This document shows positions 27,680 through 37,255 of a stretch of 40,201 bases of DNA, in pieces; positions within the stretch are counted from its first letter, which is position 1; each line of letters begins with the position of its first letter. The notes under the pieces are model-generated. The model saw only the letters and a program-made list of their open reading frames with translations, had not been told where the DNA came from and searched no databases. Position numbers and translations under genes: made by a program. The stretch lies in the sequence record DRR723986_10561. One strand, given 5' to 3'.

Positions 27680-29146
27680 TCACGTAAGCAGCTCTTTGAC
27701 AACTCGACCATGAACGTCGGTTAATCGAAAGTCACGCCCCTGGAACTTGAAGGTGAATTTTTCGTGGTCAATTCCGAGCAAGTGCAGCATTGTTGCGTGC
27801 AGGTCATGTACTGACACCGCATCCTCGGCAACGTTTACGCTGTAGTCGTCGGTGCGCCCGTAATTCTGTCCACCGCGTACGCCGCCGCCCGCCATCCACA
27901 TACTAAAACAACTTGGGTGATGATCTCGACCATAATTGCCCGGCTTGGGTTTGCCCTGCGAGTAGACAGTACGCCCAAACTCACCACCCCACACCAGGAG
28001 CGTGTCTTCCAGCAGCCCGCGAGCTTTCAAATCCTTCAACAGGGCGGCCGTTGGCTGGTCAGTATCCTTGCATTGTCGCCTTACTTGAGATGGAAGATTG
28101 TTGTGTGAGTCCCAACCTTGATGGAACAGTTGAATGAATCGAACTCCGCGTTCCGCTAACCTTCTGGCAACGAGACAATTGAAGGCATACTTTCCGGGTT
28201 TTGTCGCATCAGGGCCGTACATTTGAAGGGTTGCTTCGGATTCGTCAGCGAAATCCAGCAGCTCCGGCACACTGACTTGCAATTTATACGCGAGCTCGTA
28301 CTGTGCGATACGAGCGGCAACGTTTGGATCACCAGTTCTTTCCAAGTGCAACTTGTTCAGTTGTGCGATTCGGTCGAGCTGTTTTCTTCGTGTAGCGCGA
28401 CTCAGCCCGGCGGGATTGGCAATATCCAACACAGGATCGCCGTTGTTGCGGAATTTCACGCCCTGATGCTCGGCGGGCAGGAATCCGCTTCCCCAAAGGC
28501 GATCGTAGAGCGGCTGCCCCTGTTTTGCAGAGCCCTTTGAACTCATTGCGACAAAGGTTGGTAGCTCAGCATTCTCACTGCCCAATCCATAGGAAAGCCA
28601 GGCACCGATGCTTGGACGTCCGGGCAGCATCGACCCGGTTTGCTGAAAAGTGATTGCGGGGTCGTGGTTGATCGCGTCGGTATGCAGGCTTCGAATCACA
28701 CACAAGTCGTCGACACATTTGGCAATCTCAGGCATGGCGTCGCTAACCCAAGTGCCCGCTTGGCCGTACTGCTTAAACTGAAATGCGGAAGGTGTCACCG
28801 GAAAACTAGCTTGAGCACTCGACATCGTCGTTTTGCGGTCGTCGGGGTAAACGCTCTTTGGAACGTCTTGTCCAGCTCGCTTCTCGAGCTCCGGTTTGTA
28901 GTCCCACAAGTCCATCTGAGCTGGACCACCGGACTGGAAAAGGTAGATAACACGTTTGACTTTCGCGGGAAAGTGTGGCAATCCTACATTCTGGGCCGCA
29001 CCAATTTTCGCATTTCCATGCTCAGGAGATTTGCCCAGAGCATGCTGAGCGCCAGATAGACTTGCTAGGGCCAACGAGCCTAACAACATGTCTCGCCGGC
29101 GCGTGAACAGCGTGCCAGTACGATTTGTGTGTTGTGTTGATGTCAC
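27680..29146 (-). CDS. DUF1501 family protein (sulfatase-like fold), Tat-exported
   Basis: TRRRDML twin-Arg signal; KRVIYLFQSGGP, INHDPA, ARRLAERGVRF, GWDSH, GEFGRT, GRDHH, DLHAT, RLTDVHG. Confidence 0.93.
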   Translation of the reverse strand: MTSTQHTNRTGTLFTRRRDMLLGSLALASLSGAQHALGKSPEHGNAKIGAAQNVGLPHFPAKVKRVIYLFQSGGPAQMDLWDYKPELEKRAGQDVPKSVYPDDRKTTMSSAQASFPVTPSAFQFKQYGQAGTWVSDAMPEIAKCVDDLCVIRSLHTDAINHDPAITFQQTGSMLPGRPSIGAWLSYGLGSENAELPTFVAMSSKGSAKQGQPLYDRLWGSGFLPAEHQGVKFRNNGDPVLDIANPAGLSRATRRKQLDRIAQLNKLHLERTGDPNVAARIAQYELAYKLQVSVPELLDFADESEATLQMYGPDATKPGKYAFNCLVARRLAERGVRFIQLFHQGWDSHNNLPSQVRRQCKDTDQPTAALLKDLKARGLLEDTLLVWGGEFGRTVYSQGKPKPGNYGRDHHPSCFSMWMAGGGVRGGQNYGRTDDYSVNVAEDAVSVHDLHATMLHLLGIDHEKFTFKFQGRDFRLTDVHGRVVKELLT

Positions 29147-29194
29147 GGGCGGTGCCTTGAAGGTCGTTGAGAAATTTTCGACGCTGCGTGTTCG

Positions 29195-31783
29195 TTACTC
29201 ACGATGAATCGCTTCATCCAAGTTCATGATCGCCGCAGCTACAGCAGTCAGCGCCGCGATCTGTTCTGGGGCGACTGCAGTGACGATGCGTGGGGGTGAG
29301 TAGGAGTCTCGGCCCGCATTTGGCTTATTCGAACCGTCGGTGTGCTCTGCTGTTTTGCTGTCACCAACTGACTTTGCATTCTGGGGCTCAGGCTCTTGTG
29401 TCTCGGCCCCTGTTGTCGTGGAAGCAGGCTGTTGAATTCCAGTTGCACCGATGGCCAAAAATTGAAACGCTTCGGTGGGATTGCTGCAGTAGTCTGCCAA
29501 GGCGTCGCCATAAAGCTCCAACAACAACTCCGTTTCATTGGTGGTTGGTTCGCGAGTCAACAAAGCGAGGCTCATGAACTTGATTGCCCGACGTACAGCA
29601 GAAACTTCGGTCGACAGTTCAGGCTTTTCAATTCCGTCGGGCGACGGTCCAACCTGCTTGGGTAGCCAACCATGCGAGTCAGTCGCAATTGCGGTCACCG
29701 CTAAATTCCTCGCTGCCTCAACGAATGTTTTGTTGTTCAGCAGCGTCAATGCTTGGAGTGGTGTGTTGGTGATTTCGTTTCTAACCGAGCACGTTTCACG
29801 TGTGGCGGCGTTGAAGCCGACCATCGTCGGTGGAGGAATAGTCCTGCGCCAGTATGTGTAAAGGCTTCGGCGAAAGAGCTCTTCGCCAGTTCCTTGTTCG
29901 TATTTATTGTTTGAGATCGAGCTCCAAATCTTTGGCGGCATGTAGGGCTTCACACTCGGTCCGCCAATTTGTCGGATCAACAGGCCGCTCGACAACAAAG
30001 CGGCATCGCGCAGCTCCGGTGCAGTTAGGCGACTTTTGGGACCGCGCCAGAAAAAGCGATTCGCAGGGTCGACGGACTGTCCGCGTCGCGAAGCCACCGA
30101 ACTTCGCGCGAACGCATCGCTTGTCAGGATCATGCGCTGAATGTGCACAGTATTCCAGCCCGATTCGATCAGTTCCAGCGCCAGCCAATCCAGCAACTTG
30201 GGGTGAGACGGCAGAGCCCCCTGTGCACCAAAGTTCTCGCTTGATTCAACAAGTCCGGCGCCGAAGTATTGCTGCCAAATGCGATTCACAGCAACCCGAG
30301 CCGTCAGTGGGTTCCTTCGGTCAAGCAACCATCCAGCCAATTCAAGTCGGTTGGAAGGCGACTGCTTTGGAGTATTCAAACTTGCCGGAACGGAAGGACT
30401 GAGCTGCCGACTCTTATCTGGCGTGCTGTATTGTCCCCGCAGCAGTAGGTAGGTCTCGCGAGGTTGCTCCAACTCATGCATGACCATAACCGTTCCGGGT
30501 TTGCCAGCTTGGGGGCGTCGCAAACCATTGCCCGCGTCCTTCCTCGCGCGACTCAGTTTCACGGGATCGGGAACGATTGCGCGGTCCTCGGCAGCGCTTA
30601 GTCTAGGCCAAGAGCTAGGAAGCTTTACGAAAGGCGGCGTGTTTCCATTGTTCGGACCAATCCCATACTCAGAAATACTGTTGAAGTAAGCAAACAACTC
30701 ATAGTATTCCTGCTGGGAAATCGGATCGTATTTGTGATCATGGCAACGGGCGCAGCCAACGGTCAGGCCAAGGAAGACGGTGCCGAATGTGTCAACGCGG
30801 TCAACAACGTTCTCGACCCGCCATTCCTCCTCAATCGAACCATCTTCGGAATTGATTCGATGGTTACGGCCGAACCCAGTTGCAACTTGTTGCCAAAGCG
30901 TTGCGTCCGGCAAGAGATCGCCTGCCAATTGCTCAGTCACGAAGTCTGAGTAGGGCATTTTCTCATTGCACGCACGGATCACCCAGTCGCGCCAAGCGTC
31001 CTGGTAGCGATAACGGTCATTCTGGTAGCCATCAGTGTCGGCGTAGCGAGCGGCCTCCAACCACGGGTAAGCCATATGTTCGCCGTAAGCCGGTGAAGCG
31101 AATAGCCGATCCAGAACTCGGTCAATTGCTTGACGTTCACCGACCGCCCGCACAGCCTCGTCAAACTTTTTGATTTCAGAAACAGTCGGCAACAAGCCCG
31201 TGACAGCCAGAGTCATCCGGCGAAGCAGGGTAGTGCTGCTCGCGCGTCGATTTGGGCGGATGCCCTCGTGCTGAAGCCTAGCGTTAACAAACAGATCGAT
31301 CGGAGAGCTCGCCGACGAACCACTTGGCAACTCTGGTCGTGTCAACTCCGTGAAGCTCCAGTGTCCGGAGACGGCCGCTCCGTCGCGGAGCCATCTCTCG
31401 ATTTGACCTCGCTGGGATTGAGTCGGTTGCTTCGCACCAAGCGGTGGCATGCGCAGGTCGGGATCCGACGTAAGGATCCGCTCAGCAATTAGGCTAGACG
31501 TGGAATCGTCGGTTTCTGTGCGAACCGCTTCGGCCAGTGCCTCCGGCGTATCGAGTCGCAAGTCGGCTTCCCGCGTCGCCGCATCTGGTCCGTGACAATG
31601 AAAACAGTACTCCGAAAGCACCGGCCGAATGTCACGGTGAAAGTCGACGCCACCTTCGGGTTCTTTACCAATTTCGCCCTCCGCGAGCGTTTGTGCCCAT
31701 GCAGCCGTTGAGGGCAAGAACACAAGGAGTGCGACCAAGAGTTTCCGTTCAAGCAGGCTATGCATCATGTTGGTCAACGGCAA
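29195..31783 (-). CDS. Planctomycete cytochrome C + DUF1549 + DUF1553 (PSD1) protein
   Basis: [35 protein letters not shown]...[57 protein letters not shown]; true start may be ATG at 31768. Confidence 0.95.
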   Translation of the reverse strand: MPLTNMMHSLLERKLLVALLVFLPSTAAWAQTLAEGEIGKEPEGGVDFHRDIRPVLSEYCFHCHGPDAATREADLRLDTPEALAEAVRTETDDSTSSLIAERILTSDPDLRMPPLGAKQPTQSQRGQIERWLRDGAAVSGHWSFTELTRPELPSGSSASSPIDLFVNARLQHEGIRPNRRASSTTLLRRMTLAVTGLLPTVSEIKKFDEAVRAVGERQAIDRVLDRLFASPAYGEHMAYPWLEAARYADTDGYQNDRYRYQDAWRDWVIRACNEKMPYSDFVTEQLAGDLLPDATLWQQVATGFGRNHRINSEDGSIEEEWRVENVVDRVDTFGTVFLGLTVGCARCHDHKYDPISQQEYYELFAYFNSISEYGIGPNNGNTPPFVKLPSSWPRLSAAEDRAIVPDPVKLSRARKDAGNGLRRPQAGKPGTVMVMHELEQPRETYLLLRGQYSTPDKSRQLSPSVPASLNTPKQSPSNRLELAGWLLDRRNPLTARVAVNRIWQQYFGAGLVESSENFGAQGALPSHPKLLDWLALELIESGWNTVHIQRMILTSDAFARSSVASRRGQSVDPANRFFWRGPKSRLTAPELRDAALLSSGLLIRQIGGPSVKPYMPPKIWSSISNNKYEQGTGEELFRRSLYTYWRRTIPPPTMVGFNAATRETCSVRNEITNTPLQALTLLNNKTFVEAARNLAVTAIATDSHGWLPKQVGPSPDGIEKPELSTEVSAVRRAIKFMSLALLTREPTTNETELLLELYGDALADYCSNPTEAFQFLAIGATGIQQPASTTTGAETQEPEPQNAKSVGDSKTAEHTDGSNKPNAGRDSYSPPRIVTAVAPEQIAALTAVAAAIMNLDEAIHRE

Positions 31784-31979
31784 AGGCGGGACGCGGAGTT
31801 AGCAATACTAAGGCAGCGTTACAGGTTTGGCAGTTTCGCTGGGTGCGAATCGAAGCGGCAGTTTCGTGGGAGGTCTATTCTACCTGTTCCGCGCTGAGTC
31901 TGCACCGCAAAGCGGATCTGTTACGATAACGACAGAGCGCCCAGCAACAACGAACCTACGCCTACATGGGGATACTGAG

Positions 31980-32342
31980 GTGAAATTGCCGCAAGCTAAA
32001 TCATTCATGCTTGGTGTTGCCGCCTCGATGTTGGCCGTCTGTGGTTTCTATCTTTGGCATCACGCCGGAGCACGCGGAGGTGTCGTTGGTGATTCCCCGG
32101 GAGGCAACTACGTGTGTAGAGCCTTCGGTCCCCTGAGTTCTCAAATGGGTGGGTCATACACGGTGAAGTTAATCGACAAACGGACTGGCCAAGCCGTCCG
32201 GCACATCTCGATCACACTGTCGTCAACCGAGGAAACCATTCCACTGCGCGGTGGAGGCGGCCAAATCCAGTGGGCAGCTACCGAAGAATATGCAGACCTA
32301 ATCGTCGCCGACGATCCAGTCATTCGCGTCTGGGTGCCTTGA
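31980..32342 (+). CDS. Hypothetical protein with an N-terminal membrane anchor
   Basis: Hydrophobic segment FMLGVAASMLAVCGFYLW followed by a beta-rich domain; start uncertain. Confidence 0.55.
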   Translation: MKLPQAKSFMLGVAASMLAVCGFYLWHHAGARGGVVGDSPGGNYVCRAFGPLSSQMGGSYTVKLIDKRTGQAVRHISITLSSTEETIPLRGGGGQIQWAATEEYADLIVADDPVIRVWVP

Positions 32343-32504
32343 ATTCATGCATGTATAGCCGTGAGGCGGGTTGGCTGGGGGCAGACCAAGACCAGCAAGC
32401 AAAGAAAGGCGATGGGGCAATCTGTGCAATTGAACCAGCGGCGTCTATGCTTAAAGGACGGAATCTCCTGTTAGGCATTCGACGAACTCCTTTGAGCCAC
32501 CACA

Positions 32505-33317
32505 TTGCCACATCACTTCTCAACCAGCGATTTTTCTGGACAGTTCATTTTGCTTGGCACCGGCACTAGCGTCGGAGTACCTGCAATTGGTTGTGGCTGC
32601 GCGGTGTGCACGAGCGAAAACCCCAAGAATAATCGGACTCGCTGCTCGGCAATTATTGGGTTGCCGGAGGGAAATCTGCTGATTGACACGCCGCCGGATC
32701 TCAGAATGCAGCTCCTGCGAGAGAAGATTGGCATCGTTCACGCCGTCGCTTTTACGCACGAGCATGCGGATCATATCTTTGGCCTCGACGATCTGCGACT
32801 TTTCCCCTTTCGCCTGAATGGACCTGTGCCGCTTTACTGCGAACCCATTGTTGAGCAGCGAATTCGCAAGAGCTTCGACTATGCGTTTCGCGGCGGACCA
32901 CAGACGCACGCCGGTGCTACGCCGGCATTGACTATCTCCTCGATCGGTCTTGAGCCATTTGACGTGCTCGGAGCGACCATTCGCCCGCTGCGGCTACAGC
33001 ACGGCCCGCGCTACGAGGTCTTGGGATTTCGCGTTGGCAATATCGCCTACTGCACCGATACAAACTTTATTCCGGAAGAAAGCTACGAGGTACTCGAAGG
33101 AGTCGAAGTTTTGATTCTCGATGCCCTGCGCAATGCCGAGCACGTGACGCACTTCAACATTAGTCAGGCCCTTGAAGTGGTCGAGCGCGTCCAGCCTAAG
33201 CAAACTTACTTTACGCACGTAAGCCACGACCTTGAACACGAACAAGTGAGTTCGTCGTTGCCCGCGGGCGTCGAGCTCGCTTACGATGGGTTGCGTCTGG
33301 ACCTGCGTCTCGACTAG
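32505..33317 (+). CDS. MBL-fold metallo-hydrolase, PhnP-like
   Basis: LGTGTS.GVP..GC.C.VC.S, LLID, THEHADHIFGLDDLR, AYCTD, TH.SH, AYDG. Confidence 0.93.
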   Translation: MPHHFSTSDFSGQFILLGTGTSVGVPAIGCGCAVCTSENPKNNRTRCSAIIGLPEGNLLIDTPPDLRMQLLREKIGIVHAVAFTHEHADHIFGLDDLRLFPFRLNGPVPLYCEPIVEQRIRKSFDYAFRGGPQTHAGATPALTISSIGLEPFDVLGATIRPLRLQHGPRYEVLGFRVGNIAYCTDTNFIPEESYEVLEGVEVLILDALRNAEHVTHFNISQALEVVERVQPKQTYFTHVSHDLEHEQVSSSLPAGVELAYDGLRLDLRLD

Positions 33318-33326
33318 AACCAGGCC

Positions 33327-34070
33327 CTAGGATTCTGACAGGTCTGATTCGATGATATTCTTGGCGAACGAAGAGTAGACTTCGCCGAACTGCTTTGCCA
33401 TCGAATCAGGAAACGCATGGAAAGCGTCTTGTTCAAAGGCATCAAAAATCGCGGCCGCAACTAGGCTGGGTGGTTCAGCAATCTCACCTAGACCGGCGTC
33501 GTTGGCCATGTCAGTTGCAATCGGACCGGGGTGAACACTGACGACTTTGGTTCCCTGCGCTGCTAGTTTATCGCGAAGTCCCTGCGTAATTGAGTAACTT
33601 GCCGCCTTGGATGCGGAGTATGTCGCGAAGTCAGAGAATGACTTCAAGCTTGCAACACTGTTAAGCTGCGCAAGCCCACTTTCGGTCCTTTGCCCCAAAA
33701 CCGGTGCAAACGCCTGTGCAACGCGGAGGAGCCCGTAAACGTTGATATCCATCTCACGCTTCATTGCCTCAATTGCATTGCCCGATAACGGGCTGGCGGT
33801 TTCCAAGACACCTGCGTTATTGATGACAACGTCGACGTCGTTGGCTTCCTCGGCCGCAGCGGATACGGTCGACTCTTCGGAAAGATCCAGACGGACGGGA
33901 ACCACTTTCTCGCCATGCTCGGCAACCAACGGCTCTGCAGTCTGCACGTTTCTGACAGCCGCGTAAACCTTCGCAGCTCCTCGGCGAAGCGCTTCTGCCA
34001 CGATTTCTTTTCCAATCCCTCGATTCGCTCCCGTTACCAGCACAACTTTATTGGAGACGTTGAATCCCAT
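33327..34070 (-). CDS. SDR family oxidoreductase
   Basis: LVTGANRGIG, NNAG, YSASK, PGPIATDM; AAGGA before ATG at 34070. Confidence 0.93.
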   Translation of the reverse strand: MGFNVSNKVVLVTGANRGIGKEIVAEALRRGAAKVYAAVRNVQTAEPLVAEHGEKVVPVRLDLSEESTVSAAAEEANDVDVVINNAGVLETASPLSGNAIEAMKREMDINVYGLLRVAQAFAPVLGQRTESGLAQLNSVASLKSFSDFATYSASKAASYSITQGLRDKLAAQGTKVVSVHPGPIATDMANDAGLGEIAEPPSLVAAAIFDAFEQDAFHAFPDSMAKQFGEVYSSFAKNIIESDLSES

Positions 34071-34375
34071 GAGTCTTTCCTTAGATCTTGATTGAGTTGT
34101 TGATCGGTAAGAATGAGCCGAGTTGACCAGAGCGTGGAATGCCCCCACTCTTCCGATCAATGCTTCGTAGACGTTCCGAGCGGAAAGGACTTACAGGCTA
34201 AGCGAAATTTTGTTGCGTGCTCGGATCGCGCATGTTCGATCGGTTGCTTTTGTCCTACCATTTAGACCCCTGCGGTCGGGCTGGACTTATAGCGGTTTCG
34301 GGCCGCTCGCACCGGCGGCTGCTCCCCGAGCAATAACCTCGTGAAATACACACCAACCAACGATTCGCTCCGTCG

Positions 34376-37177
34376 ATGAACAAACAAGTTTCCAACGAAC
34401 GAAAGCTGCTTGATGAGCGACTCAGTGCAATCGAGGTTCGTGGCGCGCGGACACACAATCTCAAGCATGTCGATCTGGAGATTCCGCACAACAAGCTGAC
34501 TGTGCTGACTGGCGTCAGCGGTAGCGGAAAAAGTTCTCTCGCGTTTGATACGATCTATTCCGAAGGTCAACGGCAGTACATCGAAGGACTAAGCACCTAC
34601 GCGCGGCAGTTCTTGAATCAACTCAGCCGTGCCGACGTAGATTCGATTCGTGGCCTTCAGCCGACGCTGTGTATCGACCAGCGTGTCGGTGTCGCCAACC
34701 CGCGGAGTACGGTCGCCACGATCACTGAAATCTACGATTATCTGCGAGTCCTGATGGCACGAGTTGGCAATCCGGCTTGCTACGAGTGCGGTGCGCAGAT
34801 TAGCCAGCAATCTCGTGCGGACATCCTTGCCCGGATTGGCAAACTGCCTGAAGGCACTCGGATTGTCTTGATGTCGCCAATCGTTCGGTCTCGAAAAGGC
34901 GCTCACAGGGAAGTATTTGCGCGCATCGAGAAAGCTGGACTTCTCCGAGTGCGTGTCGATGGCGAGATGTACGAGATCGAAGAGGTTCCCGACTTGGCAA
35001 TTCGGAGCGATCATACTATTGAAGCGGTGGTTGACAGAATCGTCCTCCGTGACGACGAAGCCTCGCGGCTTGAAACCTCGGTTGCCACTGCATTGGATCT
35101 TTCGTCAGGATTGGTTTCGCTTTCGTATCAATTGCGAAACAACGAAGAGGAACCCGAACCTTGGAAGGATGAACTGTTCAACACGAACTACTCGTGTGCC
35201 TCGTGCGGGGCCGCATTTGAGGAAATCGAGCCCCGTACGTTCAGCTTCAACAGTCCGATGGGAGCGTGCATGACGTGCGGTGGATTGGGCGCACAAGAGG
35301 ATTTCGCTGATGCCCTGCTGTTCCAATTTGCGAAAGGGCAGAAGGTCGAGAAAGGATTCACGACTCCGCGGGATGCGTCCGCCAAGATCACACGTAAAGT
35401 GCGGGCGATGATTCGATCAGCGTGTACCGCCGCGGGGCTGGATCCCCAAGAAGTGTTGGAAAAGGCTCCGGGCAAGAAGCAAACCGCTTCGATGCTCTCG
35501 CACCTGAAGCAACAGCTCAATGAGCTCTACGATTCTCTCGACGAAGCGGACAAGGCAGAATTGTCGTCTCTGCGTGGCCGACAAGACTGTGATGCTTGCG
35601 GTGGCTCGCGACTTCGACCAGAGGCGCTCGCCGTCACGCTAGATGGCCAGTCAATATACGACATCACTTCGCTGTCTATCGCCGACGCATTCACGTGGGC
35701 CAAACAACTTAAGGTGCCAGACTCTCGAGCCGACGTGGCGCAACCGATCGTTGACGCTTTGCTGCATCGGCTACGTTTTCTCAATAAAGTCGGCGTCGGT
35801 TATCTGACGCTCGCACGGTCGGCCGACACACTGAGCGGAGGAGAACTGCAGCGGGTTCGCTTGGCGACATGCATCGGCAATGGCCTGATCGGTGTAACGT
35901 ATATCCTTGACGAGCCATCGATTGGACTGCACCAACGCGACAATGACCGGCTGATCGAATCCATGTTGGAACTAAAGAAGGCCGGCAATACGGTGCTCAT
36001 CGTTGAGCACGATGAAGCCATGATGCGAGCCGCCGACTACTTGGTCGACATTGGGCCCGGAGCTGGTGAGCTGGGCGGGAAAATCGTCAGCGAAGGCACA
36101 CCTAAACAAGTGGCTAAGTCCGGTTCCTTGACCGCCGACTACCTTTCAGGCCGCAAAGCAGTTAGTGACAATTCAAGCCGCCGAGCGCCCACTCGGGGCG
36201 CAAGGTTGAAGCTAACCGGTGCTAAGTTACACAATTTGAAGAACCAAACCGTCGAAGTTCCACTTGGATTGCTGGTCGGAATCACAGGCGTCAGTGGTAG
36301 TGGAAAGAGTTCACTGATCAGTCGTACGCTTCTGCCCGCATTGGGCTATGAAATTGGTCAGCGTCAGACTCGACCGATTGCGTATTCCAAACTATCGGGA
36401 CATGACAAAGTCGACAAGCTGGTCGAAATGACGCAAGCGCCCATCGGTCGCACTCCGCGTAGCACACCGGCAACCTACTGCGGCGTGTTTGATTTGATTC
36501 GTAATGTCTTCGCATCTACCAAGGGAGCGAAAGCACGCGGGTTTACCGCAGGACGATTCAGCTTCAATGCAGGTGCAGGCCGCTGCAAAACCTGTGCTGG
36601 CCAGGGGCAGCAGCGAATCGAGATGAATTTCCTTCCTGATACATTTGTTCATTGCCCCGCATGCAACGGGCGAAGGTTCAACCGCCAGACGCTCCGCATT
36701 CAGTACAAGGGACTCAGCATCTCGGATGTGTTAGAGCTGTCGGTCGACGAGGCCCTCGAATTCTTTGAGAACTTTTCGAAGATTGCCGCCGTCTTGCAAA
36801 CGCTCCACGATGTTGGTCTCGGATACTTGAGACTCGGCCAAAGTTCGACAACGCTCAGCGGAGGCGAATCTCAACGGATTAAATTGGCGTCAGAACTAGC
36901 CAAACCATCCACTGGGCAGACGGTCTATTTTTTGGACGAGCCAACGACTGGGCTACACTTCGACGATATCCGCCGAATGATCCAAGTCCTTCAGACGCTT
37001 GTCGAGAAAGGGAACACCGTCGTGGTTATCGAACACAACCTCGACGTTATTCGAGCGTGCGACTGGTTGATCGATGTTGGTCCAGATGGCGGCCAACATG
37101 GCGGAGAAGTCATTGCATGCGGGCCGCCAGAGGTGATCCGTGATGCCCCGCAAAGCATAACGGGACGTTACATCTGA
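34376..37177 (+). CDS. uvrA: Excinuclease ABC subunit A
   Basis: Two GVSGSGKSSL Walker A motifs, LSGGE signatures, LDEP motifs, CxxC zinc-binding pairs, UvrB-binding segment present. Confidence 0.96.
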   Translation: MNKQVSNERKLLDERLSAIEVRGARTHNLKHVDLEIPHNKLTVLTGVSGSGKSSLAFDTIYSEGQRQYIEGLSTYARQFLNQLSRADVDSIRGLQPTLCIDQRVGVANPRSTVATITEIYDYLRVLMARVGNPACYECGAQISQQSRADILARIGKLPEGTRIVLMSPIVRSRKGAHREVFARIEKAGLLRVRVDGEMYEIEEVPDLAIRSDHTIEAVVDRIVLRDDEASRLETSVATALDLSSGLVSLSYQLRNNEEEPEPWKDELFNTNYSCASCGAAFEEIEPRTFSFNSPMGACMTCGGLGAQEDFADALLFQFAKGQKVEKGFTTPRDASAKITRKVRAMIRSACTAAGLDPQEVLEKAPGKKQTASMLSHLKQQLNELYDSLDEADKAELSSLRGRQDCDACGGSRLRPEALAVTLDGQSIYDITSLSIADAFTWAKQLKVPDSRADVAQPIVDALLHRLRFLNKVGVGYLTLARSADTLSGGELQRVRLATCIGNGLIGVTYILDEPSIGLHQRDNDRLIESMLELKKAGNTVLIVEHDEAMMRAADYLVDIGPGAGELGGKIVSEGTPKQVAKSGSLTADYLSGRKAVSDNSSRRAPTRGARLKLTGAKLHNLKNQTVEVPLGLLVGITGVSGSGKSSLISRTLLPALGYEIGQRQTRPIAYSKLSGHDKVDKLVEMTQAPIGRTPRSTPATYCGVFDLIRNVFASTKGAKARGFTAGRFSFNAGAGRCKTCAGQGQQRIEMNFLPDTFVHCPACNGRRFNRQTLRIQYKGLSISDVLELSVDEALEFFENFSKIAAVLQTLHDVGLGYLRLGQSSTTLSGGESQRIKLASELAKPSTGQTVYFLDEPTTGLHFDDIRRMIQVLQTLVEKGNTVVVIEHNLDVIRACDWLIDVGPDGGQHGGEVIACGPPEVIRDAPQSITGRYI

Positions 37178-37183
37178 CCAAGC

Positions 37184-37217
37184 TGTCGTTGCGTCCACTG
37201 TTTCGAACGCAACGACA
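37184..37217. terminator. Hairpin between convergent uvrA and sulfatase genes
   Basis: 11-bp perfect inverted repeat TGTCGTTGCGT / ACGCAACGACA with 12-nt loop; no U-tract. Confidence 0.55.
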
Positions 37218-37255
37218 AGGTATTAGGTGCTCGTAGTGAAGCACTCGAGTCTTGC

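Noticed and set aside
34071..34160. N-terminal extension of the SDR in the ORF track
   Set aside because: The Rossmann motif follows ATG 34070 closely and that ATG has a Shine-Dalgarno-like AAGGA
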